This document shows positions 18,902-28,434 of a DNA stretch of 52,949 bases, one piece after another. The notes under the pieces were generated by a model that saw only the letters and a program-made list of their open reading frames with translations, ran no database searches and was not told where the DNA came from. How positions within the stretch are numbered: the first letter of the stretch is position 1; each line of letters starts with the position of its first letter. The translations under genes were made by a program, and so were the position numbers. The stretch is from assembly GCA_051746725.1 (NCBI GenBank), contig JBNJFI010000005.1, positions 1 to 52,949 on the forward strand, read 5' to 3'. The DNA comes from Fusobacteriota bacterium (lineage in GTDB: Bacteria; Fusobacteriota; Fusobacteriia; Fusobacteriales; JBNJFI01).

Positions 18902-20677
18902 TTATATTTTTTTAGGTTTTACCGTCTTTAAATATAATTCTTTTAATTGTTTTCTATCTACATCTGACGGAGCTTCAGTCATTAAGCATTGCCCTTTTTG
19001 AGTTTTTGGAAATGGAATAACTTCTCTTATTGATTCTCTATTCAATAGAACCATTAAGAATCTATCCAAACCAAATGCTAATCCTCCATGTGGGGGAGTT
19101 CCATACTTAAATGCTTCCAAGAAAAAACCAAACTTTTCTTGGATTTCTTCTTTTTCTAAACCTAAAGCCTCAAATACTTTTTCTTGAACTTTTTCTTGAT
19201 GGATTCTTAAACTTCCACCACCTATTTCATGACCATTTAAAACTAAATCATAACTTTTAGTTCGTACATTTTCAGGTTCATCTTTTAATTTATCAATATC
19301 CTCATCTTTTATTGCAGTAAAAGGATGATGTTGCGCCTTATATCTTTTTTCAGTCTCACTATATTCAAATAATGGGAAATCAACTACCCATGCAAAGTTA
19401 TATTCATTTTCATCAATTAATTCTAAATCTTTACCCAATTTTAATCTTAAAGCACCTAAAGAATCATAAACAACTTTTTCCTTATCAGCTACGAAAAATA
19501 AAATATCTCCTGGTTCACCATTCATTCTTTTAACCATAGAATCTACTTCTTCATCGGAGAAAAATTTAGTAATTGGTGATGTGTAAGATCCATCATCATT
19601 TATTCTAATCCATGCTAATCCCTTAGCTCCATAAACTCCAACATACTTTGTTAAATCATCCAAATATTTTCTAGAAAATTTAGCAGCTCCTTTTCCATTT
19701 ATTCCTTTTACTAATCCACCCTTTTTTGCAACATTTTTAAATACATTAAAACTACATTCTTTGGCAATATCAGTTAATTCACTTAATTTAAGATCAAATC
19801 TTAAATCAGGTTTATCTGAACCATAATTTTCCATTGCCTCTTTATAGGTTATTCTCTTAAAGTCATAATCTACTTTTGTTTCTAAAACGGTTTCTGTTAT
19901 CTTTTTTGTTAATCTTTCCATTACATCCATTAACTCATCTTGAGTTACAAATGACATTTCTATATCAATTTGAGTAAACTCTGGCTGTCTATCAGCTCTA
20001 AGATCTTCATCTCTAAAACATTTTGCAATCTGATAATATTTTTCAACTCCTGAAATCATTAAAATCTGTTTAAATAATTGCGGAGATTGCGGTAAAGCAT
20101 AAAAATCTCCTGGATTTAAACGACTAGGAGCTAAAAAATCTCTTGCTCCTTCTGGCGTTGATTTTGTTAGTATTGGTGTATCAATATCTAAAAAACCTTC
20201 TTCACTCAAAAAATTACGTGTTGTATTTAACATGTTACTTCTTTTTTGAAGATTATTAAACATTTCTTTTCTTCTTAGATCTATATATCTATATTTTAAT
20301 CTCGTATTCTCATTCACAGTAATATCATCTGATATTTCAAATGGAATTACATCTGATTTATTAATTACTTCTAATTCATTTATAAAAACCTCAATTTCAC
20401 CAGTTTCCATAGAAGGATTAATATTTGATTCACTTCTAGCCTCAACTTTACCTGAAACTTTTATTACATATTCATTTCGTAAATCATGGGCATTTTTATG
20501 TACTTTAGCATCCTCTTGAGGATTAAAAACTATCTGAGTTTTGCCGGTTCTATCTCTCAAGTCAATAAAAATAACTCCTCCATGATCTCTTCTAGTATCA
20601 ACCCAACCAGTCAATACAACTTTTTCACCTATATTCTCTTTCGATAATTCATTTAAATTATGTGTCTTATAATACAT
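18902..20677 (-). CDS. aspS: Aspartate--tRNA ligase
   Basis: RRDHGGVIFIDLRD, STPEGARDF, ALPQSPQLFKQ, FRDEDLRADRQPEFTQ, HHPFT, PPHGGLAFGLDR. The His in DHGG suggests a non-discriminating type (inference). Confidence 0.98.
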   Translation of the reverse strand: MYYKTHNLNELSKENIGEKVVLTGWVDTRRDHGGVIFIDLRDRTGKTQIVFNPQEDAKVHKNAHDLRNEYVIKVSGKVEARSESNINPSMETGEIEVFINELEVINKSDVIPFEISDDITVNENTRLKYRYIDLRRKEMFNNLQKRSNMLNTTRNFLSEEGFLDIDTPILTKSTPEGARDFLAPSRLNPGDFYALPQSPQLFKQILMISGVEKYYQIAKCFRDEDLRADRQPEFTQIDIEMSFVTQDELMDVMERLTKKITETVLETKVDYDFKRITYKEAMENYGSDKPDLRFDLKLSELTDIAKECSFNVFKNVAKKGGLVKGINGKGAAKFSRKYLDDLTKYVGVYGAKGLAWIRINDDGSYTSPITKFFSDEEVDSMVKRMNGEPGDILFFVADKEKVVYDSLGALRLKLGKDLELIDENEYNFAWVVDFPLFEYSETEKRYKAQHHPFTAIKDEDIDKLKDEPENVRTKSYDLVLNGHEIGGGSLRIHQEKVQEKVFEALGLEKEEIQEKFGFFLEAFKYGTPPHGGLAFGLDRFLMVLLNRESIREVIPFPKTQKGQCLMTEAPSDVDRKQLKELYLKTVKPKKI

Positions 20678-21927
20678 TAATCAATTTCCTTTCCTAACTT
20701 TTTTAATATTTCATCAAGTTTATATTTTTCTTGATTCCCAGTCTTAAAATTTTTCATGGTTATAATTCCACTGTTTCGTTCATCTTCACCTATTATTATA
20801 ACATATTTTGCATTCATTTTCGAGGCTTTTTTCATTTGAGCTCTAAAACTTTTTTCTTTATATAACATTGTCACTTTTAAATTATTATCTCTTAATTTTT
20901 TAGATATTTTCAAACTATATGTTTTATCTTCTTCTCCAAACCAAACCATAAATACATCTGGATTTGTTTTAAATTCAATATTTTCTAATAATAACATAAG
21001 CCTTTCTATACCAACTGCATATCCTATTGCTGGAATATCTTTATCTCCAACTTCTTTAACCAAGTTATTATATCTTCCCCCAGCTAGAACAGTGCCTTGA
21101 GCTCCTAATTTATTAGTTTTTATTTCAAATACTGTATTTGTATAATAGTCTAAACCTCTGACTAACTTTTTATTTTCTATATAAGGTATCTCTAATTCTT
21201 TTAAATATTTTTTTAGATCATTATGATGATCTTGACAATCTTCACACAGAAAATCAGTAATTTTAGGAGCATCTTCTAGCTCTTTTTTGCAATCATTATT
21301 TTTACAATCCATTACCCTTAAAGGATTAACGTCATGTCTATTCTGACAATCTGAACAGAAATTGTCATATCTATCTTTTATATATTTTTTCAAATTTTGT
21401 TCATAATTAGGTCTACATTTAGAGCATCCAATGGAGTTTATTTCAATTTCCAAATCCTCTAAGTTTATTTCATCTAAAAATTGATAGGCAGACATAATAA
21501 CTTCTGCATCCATTGCAGGAGTTTTATCTCCAAATATTTCAACTCCAATTTGATTAAATTCTCTATATCTACCTGCTTGTGGTCTTTCATATCTAAACAT
21601 AGGACCATAATAAAAAAATTTAGATAAATTTTCTCGTCCATAAATTTTATGTTCCATATAAGCTCTAACTACAGACGCTGTGCCCTCTGGTCGTAAAGTT
21701 ACACTTCTGTCACCTCTATCTGTAAAAGTATACATCTCTTTGTCTACAACATCTGTTCCTTCTCCAATCCCTCTTTGAAAAAGATCTGTTCTTTCAAAAA
21801 TAGGAGTGGTTATCTGTTTATAATCATAGTTATTAAAAACCTTTTTTGCTTTATCTAGTATATATTCCATTTTTAAGCTATCTTCACCTAAAATATCTTT
21901 AGTTCCACGTAATGCCTTTAATTTCAT
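20677..21927 (-). CDS. hisS: Histidine--tRNA ligase
   Basis: RGTKD, TPIFE, KEMYTF, LRPEGTA, FRYERPQAGRYREFNQ, LVRGLDYY, GGRY. Confidence 0.98.
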   Translation of the reverse strand: MKLKALRGTKDILGEDSLKMEYILDKAKKVFNNYDYKQITTPIFERTDLFQRGIGEGTDVVDKEMYTFTDRGDRSVTLRPEGTASVVRAYMEHKIYGRENLSKFFYYGPMFRYERPQAGRYREFNQIGVEIFGDKTPAMDAEVIMSAYQFLDEINLEDLEIEINSIGCSKCRPNYEQNLKKYIKDRYDNFCSDCQNRHDVNPLRVMDCKNNDCKKELEDAPKITDFLCEDCQDHHNDLKKYLKELEIPYIENKKLVRGLDYYTNTVFEIKTNKLGAQGTVLAGGRYNNLVKEVGDKDIPAIGYAVGIERLMLLLENIEFKTNPDVFMVWFGEEDKTYSLKISKKLRDNNLKVTMLYKEKSFRAQMKKASKMNAKYVIIIGEDERNSGIITMKNFKTGNQEKYKLDEILKKLGKEID

Positions 21928-21951
21928 GCCTAAGTTCCTCCTAAAATCTAT

Positions 21952-22749
21952 TTAAAATTCTCTTTTAATGACTTCTTTTTCTTCTCCTAAAAAGCCTAAG
22001 TTTTCTCCATTAAAATTGACTTCTATATTGCTTGCATCTCCTATTTTTACGGATATTTTTTCTGACGATTCAACTTCATAAGTCTCTCCGTTTTGAATAT
22101 ATCCATTAAATATAATTTCTTCATTTTTCTTTACTTCTAACCAACTTCTGCCTTTTGCATTTAATACCAATTTTTTTATTTTATTTTGGGATTCTGAGAT
22201 ATCAGAATCTTCTTTTTTTTTAGAATCTTCTTCATCTGAATCTGCTGGTGTTTCTTCTGGATCAACATCCATCTTTTCTTCTTTATTGATCAAATTATCC
22301 TGATTATCTAAAGTAGAATCTTCATGAGGAGTTCCTATTTCTGTAGAAGGAATAGCTGTCTTCTCATAATTGGCATCATAGAAAAATTTCCCAGAAAACA
22401 CTATTACTACTAATGCTATTACCCCAATAATTCCGATTTTTAATTTATTAAATACTTCTGGTTGAAAACTATTTTTTTTAGAACCTATTTCCTCGACTAC
22501 AGATTCTTTTTTTTCTTTTAACTCTAAATATTCCTGATAATTCTCCATAATTTCAGATTTTTCCATTTTTAAATATTCTGCATAATTTTTCAAAAATCCC
22601 TTAACGTAAACACCGCCAGGTATATCATTTAAATTTCCACTCTCTATATCTCTAAGATATCTTTTTTGAATCTTAGTTTCCTGAGCAACATCTTCAATTG
22701 TTAAACCTTGTTTTTTTCTTTCTTTTTTTAATATCTCACCAAAAAACAC
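21952..22749 (-). CDS. rodZ: RodZ-like cytoskeleton protein (HTH + TM + DUF4115-like domain)
   Basis: GEILKKER..GLTIEDVA.ETKI..RYL..IE.G, YVKGFLKNYA, one TM helix, C-terminal SWLEV..IGDA..I.V..NGE.LG. Confidence 0.88.
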   Translation of the reverse strand: MFFGEILKKERKKQGLTIEDVAQETKIQKRYLRDIESGNLNDIPGGVYVKGFLKNYAEYLKMEKSEIMENYQEYLELKEKKESVVEEIGSKKNSFQPEVFNKLKIGIIGVIALVVIVFSGKFFYDANYEKTAIPSTEIGTPHEDSTLDNQDNLINKEEKMDVDPEETPADSDEEDSKKKEDSDISESQNKIKKLVLNAKGRSWLEVKKNEEIIFNGYIQNGETYEVESSEKISVKIGDASNIEVNFNGENLGFLGEEKEVIKREF

Positions 22750-22750
22750 A

Positions 22751-23983
22751 TCAATTCCTCCCCCTGAGTTGTCCTAATTTTTCGCTTATTAGTTTCTCAT
22801 TTTTATTTTTTCCCGGCTTATAATAATTTCTTTCTTCTGGTAAATATTTTTGATTGACATAGTTATTTTCATAATCATGTGGGTATTTGTATCCATTATT
22901 TGGTATTTTTTTTATGTGATAAGGTACTTCAAAGTCTAATCCATTTTTTATATCTTGCATAGCATTATTAATTGCATTATATGCAGAATTACTCTTAGAA
23001 GATATGGCTAAGTATATTACAACTTCAGATAAAATTATTCTCACTTCAGGCATTCCAATATTTTTAGAAGCATTTAAGCCTGAGTTTGCAATGTTTAAAG
23101 CATCTGGGTTAGCCAAACCTATATCTTCTGACGCTAATATTAATAACCTTCTAGCAATATACTCTGGATCCTCGCCACCTTCTAGCAATTTTGCTAGCCA
23201 ATAAACTGCTGCATCTGGATCTGTTCCTCTTATACTTTTTATCATTGCAGATATAATATTATATTTGTCTTCTTTATTATCGTAATACCTCTTATTTTCT
23301 TTAAATATATCTTTTGCTCTATTTAGATCAATATTATCATCTAAATTTATGAGGATTTCTAAATTATTAATAGCGCGTCTAGCATCGCCATTTGATTTTT
23401 CTGTAATATAATCTAATACTGAATCTATAATTTCGTTATTGCTTGATTTTAAACATCTTTTTAATAATATCTTTATATCTTTATTGTTTAATTTTTTGAA
23501 TTCAAAAATATTAACCCTAGACAATAAACTATTATTAATAGAATAATAGGGATTAGTTGTTGTTGCCCCTATTAATATTATTATCCCTTTTTCTGTTGCG
23601 GGTAATAGAGAGTCTTGCTGTAATTTATTAAATCTATGTATTTCATCTAAAAATAAAATTGTTTGCCTATTTTCTATCTTTAACCTTTTATCAGCTGTTT
23701 TTACTGTCTTTTTTATGTCTGAAATAGAAGCCGTAGTTGCATTAAGCTCTAAAAATTCTCCTTTTATTTCATTTGAAATGATTTTAGCTAGAGAAGTTTT
23801 TCCTGTTCCAGGAGGACCATGAAAAATTGAGTTTATCATTTTTCCATTTTTTAATAACTGTCTTAATATTTTCCCTTCTCCTAAAAGATGATTTTGGCCA
23901 ACATATTCTGTAATCTTTTTTGGTCTAGCTCTATATGCCAGGGGTAATTTTTTTTTATAACTATTATAAAGTAAGTCTTTCAT
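22751..23983 (-). CDS. rarA: Replication-associated recombination protein RarA/MgsA (AAA+)
   Basis: PLAYRARP, GPPGTGKT, LDEIHRFNKLQQD, GATTTNP, SAMIKSIRGTDPDAA, ASEDIGLA, YKYPHDY. Start moved to ATG 23983. Confidence 0.95.
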   Translation of the reverse strand: MKDLLYNSYKKKLPLAYRARPKKITEYVGQNHLLGEGKILRQLLKNGKMINSIFHGPPGTGKTSLAKIISNEIKGEFLELNATTASISDIKKTVKTADKRLKIENRQTILFLDEIHRFNKLQQDSLLPATEKGIIILIGATTTNPYYSINNSLLSRVNIFEFKKLNNKDIKILLKRCLKSSNNEIIDSVLDYITEKSNGDARRAINNLEILINLDDNIDLNRAKDIFKENKRYYDNKEDKYNIISAMIKSIRGTDPDAAVYWLAKLLEGGEDPEYIARRLLILASEDIGLANPDALNIANSGLNASKNIGMPEVRIILSEVVIYLAISSKSNSAYNAINNAMQDIKNGLDFEVPYHIKKIPNNGYKYPHDYENNYVNQKYLPEERNYYKPGKNKNEKLISEKLGQLRGRN

Positions 23984-23993
23984 ATTTAGCTCC

Positions 23994-24022
23994 ATTATAT
24001 CATATTTAATAGCTTTAAACAA
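23994..24022 (-). promoter_or_regulatory. Putative extended -10 sigma70 promoter for rarA-rodZ-hisS-aspS
   Basis: TTGTTT (24022-24017)-N17 ending in TGa-TATAAT (23999-23994). Confidence 0.4.
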
Positions 24023-24074
24023 TTAATTTTTCCATTACAATACATCAAAATTGTACTTTTGTGGTCGTTATTTT

Positions 24075-24115
24075 AATTTAAAATAGATATGCCCAGGGCA
24101 TATCTATTTTAAATT
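24075..24115 (-). terminator. Terminator after secG
   Basis: Perfect 20-bp inverted repeat AATTTAAAATAGATATGCCC-A-GGGCATATCTATTTTAAATT. Confidence 0.75.
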
Positions 24116-24134
24116 TATTCTTAATTTTTATTAG

Positions 24135-24362
24135 TTAACTACTCACTATATATAGTGCAATAGCTACTACCATAAATAAAGCTGCAACTATTTCAGTTAT
24201 TTTTGCTAAAGGTCCTCCATCTTCTGATACTCCGAAAACTGTATTTGAAGCTCCACTTCCAAATGAAGATCCCATTCCTTTACTTCTATCCGGTTGTATT
24301 AAAACCAAAATAATTAATGTTATAGCCAATAGAAATAAGGCAATTGTTAAAAAAACTGTCAT
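24135..24362 (-). CDS. secG: Preprotein translocase subunit SecG
   Basis: Two TM helices flanking VLIQPDRSKGMGSSFGSG..TVFG; LAKIT; follows tpiA-gpmI. Confidence 0.92.
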   Translation of the reverse strand: MTVFLTIALFLLAITLIILVLIQPDRSKGMGSSFGSGASNTVFGVSEDGGPLAKITEIVAALFMVVAIALYIVSS

Positions 24363-24383
24363 CTCGTCCTCCTTAAAACCAAA

Positions 24384-25925
24384 TTATTTTTTTAATAAAA
24401 CATTTCCTGTCATCTCTTTCGGGATATCAATTTTCATTAATTCCAATATCGTAGGTGCAATATCTGCTAATTTTCCATCTTCTCTTAATTTTGCATCTTT
24501 ATATTTATCAGATATTAATATAAAAGGAACTTTATTAGTTGTGTGAGCTGTAAATGGTTTATGCGTAGTTGCGTCTTCCATTTTATCAACATTTCCATGG
24601 TCAGCTGTAACTAAAACAACTCCTTCTTTTTCCAATACTTTGTCTATAACTTTTTTCATGCACTCATCAACAGTTTGTACTGCTTTTTGAGCTGCTTCAA
24701 AATCTCCTGTATGACCAACCATATCTGGATTTGCATAATTTATAACTATTTGATCATATTTATCTTCATCTAAAGCTTCCAATAATCCCTCAGTTACTTC
24801 ATATGCACTCATTTCTGGTTTTTCATCATATGTTTCTACATCAGGGGAAGAAACAAGTTTTCTATCCTCGTTTCTAAATGCTACCTCTTCTCCTCCATTA
24901 AAAAAGAAAGTTACATGTGCATATTTTTCAGTTTCAGCAGTTCGTAATTGATTTTTTCCATTTTTACTTAACACTTCACCTAAAATATTATCATGACTTT
25001 CTGGTGGATAAGCAACAGGAGCATCAATAGTTTTATCGTATTCAGTAAGACATACAAAATCAACCTGAGGATTTATTTCTCTTAGAAATTTATCAAACTC
25101 TTCATCATTTATAGCCCTAGTGATTTCTCTTGCTCTATCAGGTCTAAAATTAAAAAATATTACTCCATCTCCATCTTTCATTTGTCCCAACGGATTCCCA
25201 GCGTTGTCAGTAATAACTGCTGGTTTTACAAATTCATCAGTTACATCTTCTTTATATGAGATTTCGATTGCCTTTTTTGCTGACATATTCTTTATTCCGT
25301 CTCCATCAACAATTGCATTGTAAGCTTTTTCTATTCTAGGCCATCTATTATCTCTATCCATGGTATAAAATCTTCCAGAAACAGTTGCTATTTTCCCTAA
25401 TCCAACTTCATCCAATTTATTTTCTAATTGTTCAATATATTTTAAAGCAGATTTTGGTGGAACATCTCTACCATCTAATATGGGATGGATATATAATTCT
25501 TTTATTCCCATATCTTTAGCTATATCAATTAAACCAAATAAATGATTAATATGAGAATGAACTCCTCCATCAGATAGTAATCCCATTAGATGTAAAGCTT
25601 TATCTCTTTTTTGAACATCGTTTATTATTTTAGAAAGAACTTCATTATTTTTAGCATTTCCGGATCTTATTTCTTTAGATATTTTAACTAAAGGCTGATT
25701 AATCACTCTTCCAGCTCCTATATTAAGGTGACCTACTTCAGAATTACCCATCTGTCCATCTGGTAATCCGACTTCTTCACCAGATGCATGTAAACTAGTA
25801 TGTGGATAATTATTCCAAAACTCATTAAAATTCTTTGGATTAACTTCTTCTATTGCATTTTTTTCATCTTTATTTTTATTTAATCCCCAACCATCTAAAA
25901 TCATTAACATTACAGGTTTCTTCAT
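24384..25925 (-). CDS. gpmI: 2,3-bisphosphoglycerate-independent phosphoglycerate mutase
   Basis: ILDGWG, GQMGNSEVGH, SDGGVHSH, NFRPDRA, ETEKYAHVT, NPDMVGH, TADHGN. Confidence 0.98.
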   Translation of the reverse strand: MKKPVMLMILDGWGLNKNKDEKNAIEEVNPKNFNEFWNNYPHTSLHASGEEVGLPDGQMGNSEVGHLNIGAGRVINQPLVKISKEIRSGNAKNNEVLSKIINDVQKRDKALHLMGLLSDGGVHSHINHLFGLIDIAKDMGIKELYIHPILDGRDVPPKSALKYIEQLENKLDEVGLGKIATVSGRFYTMDRDNRWPRIEKAYNAIVDGDGIKNMSAKKAIEISYKEDVTDEFVKPAVITDNAGNPLGQMKDGDGVIFFNFRPDRAREITRAINDEEFDKFLREINPQVDFVCLTEYDKTIDAPVAYPPESHDNILGEVLSKNGKNQLRTAETEKYAHVTFFFNGGEEVAFRNEDRKLVSSPDVETYDEKPEMSAYEVTEGLLEALDEDKYDQIVINYANPDMVGHTGDFEAAQKAVQTVDECMKKVIDKVLEKEGVVLVTADHGNVDKMEDATTHKPFTAHTTNKVPFILISDKYKDAKLREDGKLADIAPTILELMKIDIPKEMTGNVLLKK

Positions 25926-25935
25926 TTATACCCTC

Positions 25936-26691
25936 CTATTTTGCACACTCTATTATCTCAGAAAAACTTTTTGCTTCTAAGCTTGCTCCTCCAACTAATC
26001 CACCATCAATATGTTCTTGTGCTAAAAGTCCTTCTGCGTTATGAGGTTTCATACTTCCTCCATATTGAATAGTCGTATTATTTGCTACTTCTTCATTATA
26101 CATATCAGTTAAAAGTTCTCTAATAAATGCGTGAACATCATTAGCTTGCTCTGGAGTAGCTGTTTTTCCTGTTCCTATAGCCCAAATTGGTTCATATGCT
26201 ATAACTACACCATTCATATCTTCTTCTGTCAAACCTTCTAGGGCTCCTTTTACGTGATCTTCAACTACCTTTTTTGTTTCTCCAGCTTCTCTATCTTCTA
26301 ATTTTTCACCAACACATATTATAGGTTTCAAATTATGCTCTACTGCTGATTTAACTTTTTTGTTTACCTCTTCATTATCTTCTCCAAAATAAGCTCGTCT
26401 CTCAGAATGTCCTAATATAACATAATCTATTTTTAAATCATTTAACATTACAGGAGAGATTTCGCCTGTAACTGATCCACTTTCTTCCCATCTCATATTT
26501 TGAGCTGCTACTTTAATATTAGAATCTTTTAATTCTCGCTTTACATCTGCTAATGCCAAAGAAGTCGGACCTACCACTATTTCAACATTCTTTACACCTT
26601 TCACCTTCTCTTGTAATTTTTTTACCAACTCTATTGCCTCTGTGTTCGTCTTATTCATTTTCCAATTTCCTGCTATTATTGTTTTTCTCAT
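25936..26691 (-). CDS. tpiA: Triosephosphate isomerase
   Basis: AGNWKMN, LGHSERR, AYEPIWAIGTG, QYGGS, DGGLVGGASL. Confidence 0.98.
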   Translation of the reverse strand: MRKTIIAGNWKMNKTNTEAIELVKKLQEKVKGVKNVEIVVGPTSLALADVKRELKDSNIKVAAQNMRWEESGSVTGEISPVMLNDLKIDYVILGHSERRAYFGEDNEEVNKKVKSAVEHNLKPIICVGEKLEDREAGETKKVVEDHVKGALEGLTEEDMNGVVIAYEPIWAIGTGKTATPEQANDVHAFIRELLTDMYNEEVANNTTIQYGGSMKPHNAEGLLAQEHIDGGLVGGASLEAKSFSEIIECAK

Positions 26692-26725
26692 TTAGTACCT
26701 CCTATTATTTTTTAATCTTTACCTT

Positions 26726-26754
26726 ATTTTATCACAAAACAAAGCTTTTTTCAA
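26726..26754 (-). promoter_or_regulatory. sigma70 promoter for tpiA-gpmI-secG
   Basis: TTGAAA (26754-26749)-N17 ending in TGa-TAAAAT (26731-26726), 35 nt upstream of the tpiA ATG. Confidence 0.65.
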
Positions 26755-27503
26755 ATAAATATCTTCACATTCGTTTGTTCTAGTTTATTTTTAAAAATTA
26801 CAAAGTCCTTAAAATTTTTATCTTTTTTTCGAGAATTAAAATATAAGTAGATTTCTTTAGTATTACTATCATATCTTAGGTTTTGTAGATTTCCCACAGG
26901 GATTTTTGTAAATAAAGCTTCTATTACAAATGAAGTCATATCCATTTTAGGCTTTTTCATTTTTGCCTTTTTCAAAATACGTATTAATTCTTTTTTCGAA
27001 TACCTTCCTAAATGTTCACATCTAACTTTTTTAGGCACTTTATTTATTATTTGTAATTTTTTATCGTATTTTATTATGGGAACCATTTTAAGATCTTTAT
27101 TTAATATTATTTTTTTAGTTATCTTATCCAGTAAGTTTAAATTTTTTTCATGGATATTCTTTTTAAAAGACCCTTTTTCAAGTCCCTTAATGCTGTACTT
27201 TTTTGATACAAAATTAAAACTTTGATTTCCCAACTTAAAAATTTCATTAAGTAGATTACATTTAGTAACTGTACTTGGAAAGGATATATCTTTGATATTC
27301 ACATCAAAGTTTTCATTTATATCTCTTATATTCGGATATATTTTTTCTGAACTGACTTTTATATTAGCGTTAATCTTTCCCTTTTTTTCTTGGATAATAC
27401 ATTTAAAAATATCTAGTTTTTTTTTGTTAATCTTAGGTCCAAATATTTCATTTTTTATGGTCTTCCAAATACTCCGAAAACCATTTATAATTCTCCCTTG
27501 CAT
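26751..27503 (-). CDS. Hypothetical Lys-rich basic protein
   Basis: 250-aa ORF filling the gap in the same orientation as its neighbours; GGAGG-like site upstream; no recognisable motif. Confidence 0.6.
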   Translation of the reverse strand: MQGRIINGFRSIWKTIKNEIFGPKINKKKLDIFKCIIQEKKGKINANIKVSSEKIYPNIRDINENFDVNIKDISFPSTVTKCNLLNEIFKLGNQSFNFVSKKYSIKGLEKGSFKKNIHEKNLNLLDKITKKIILNKDLKMVPIIKYDKKLQIINKVPKKVRCEHLGRYSKKELIRILKKAKMKKPKMDMTSFVIEALFTKIPVGNLQNLRYDSNTKEIYLYFNSRKKDKNFKDFVIFKNKLEQTNVKIFI

Positions 27504-28006
27504 ATTAATCTAAGAGCCTCCTCCATTCGATCTAAAGGTTCAATAAAATCAATATTTTCATCAATTTTTGTAAGCATTTCTACTGTTTTCTCTTCTTCTT
27601 TATTCAAAAGAATTCTAATGGGACTATCCTCTTCATTCATTTGGAATAAAATTTCATTTTCCTTGATTTTTTTATAATCTTTTTTTTCTTTAAAGGGTTT
27701 CATTTTAGTTTTTTTTATCACCAATAAATCTTTTTTTATCACCTTAGAAAGTCCTATATTCTCTTGTGAATCAGTTATAAATATTTCAGGTTTATTTTCA
27801 ATTTGTTTAATTAAATTTTTTATAATCACCTCTTCTCTAATATATTTTCCCAAAACTGCACCGTATAATACTTGTTGTAATTTCGTCGGTTCAATAGGAT
27901 CAGTATACTTAAATTCTATGGGAATTCCATCTATATCAGCAACCATAATTCCGCCTATATATTTTTCATCTTGTAGAATTACTTTAAAATACCCTATTTC
28001 TTTCAT
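27485..28006 (-). CDS. Conserved-looking hypothetical protein
   Basis: YIGGIMVADIDGIPIEFKYTDPIEPTKLQQVLYG and C-terminal EPLDRMEEAL look family-like. Start moved to ATG 28006 (GGAGG SD). Confidence 0.75.
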   Translation of the reverse strand: MKEIGYFKVILQDEKYIGGIMVADIDGIPIEFKYTDPIEPTKLQQVLYGAVLGKYIREEVIIKNLIKQIENKPEIFITDSQENIGLSKVIKKDLLVIKKTKMKPFKEKKDYKKIKENEILFQMNEEDSPIRILLNKEEEKTVEMLTKIDENIDFIEPLDRMEEALRLICKGEL

Positions 28007-28007
28007 T

Positions 28008-28334
28008 TTATCCCTCCAAATCAATTAATTTTCCTCTATCTCTATCTTTACTTTTTCTTTTCTTTTTTTCTTTTTTTCTTTTTTCGTCATTTTTTTTCTT
28101 ATTATTTTTTTCATCCCCCTTAACCTTTCTTATATGTTCATCTTTATTATCAATTATGCCATCTTCTACCTCGCTTCCCTCTCTTATTGTTGTCATCTCA
28201 TTTTGGATTTCACGTGCCATCTCTTCTTTTGCGTGAGCCTGTTGAGCCAATGGGTTGTTGTCCTGACTTTTACTTGTTTTAGCAACCTGATCTACACTTT
28301 TTATTATAACCTGCATATCAATTGGTTTAACCAT
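28008..28334 (-). CDS. Small flagellar-region hypothetical protein
   Basis: KPIDMQ N-terminus and G.LID C-terminus, typical of the small gene that follows DUF342/fapA in Firmicutes-type fla-che clusters (recall). Confidence 0.7.
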   Translation of the reverse strand: MVKPIDMQVIIKSVDQVAKTSKSQDNNPLAQQAHAKEEMAREIQNEMTTIREGSEVEDGIIDNKDEHIRKVKGDEKNNKKKNDEKRKKEKKKRKSKDRDRGKLIDLEG

Positions 28335-28402
28335 AATGCTCTCCCCTCTTCCAAGAAATAAATAATATATATAGCATTACAACTACATCTTTTCAAACAG
28401 CT

Positions 28403-28434
28403 AATACAAAAGACAGAATCAATTAGACCCTGCC
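28403..28434 (-). terminator. Possible weak terminator after fapA
   Basis: Minus strand GGCAGGGTC-TAATT-GATTCTGTC-TTTTGTATT (9-bp stem with three G-U pairs). Confidence 0.4.

Noticed and set aside
7020..24115. Long perfect palindromes (7020-7066, 16057-16097, 24075-24115) as a repeat or mobile family
   Set aside because: Their sequences are unrelated to each other and each sits directly at a gene 3' end, so they are explained as terminators
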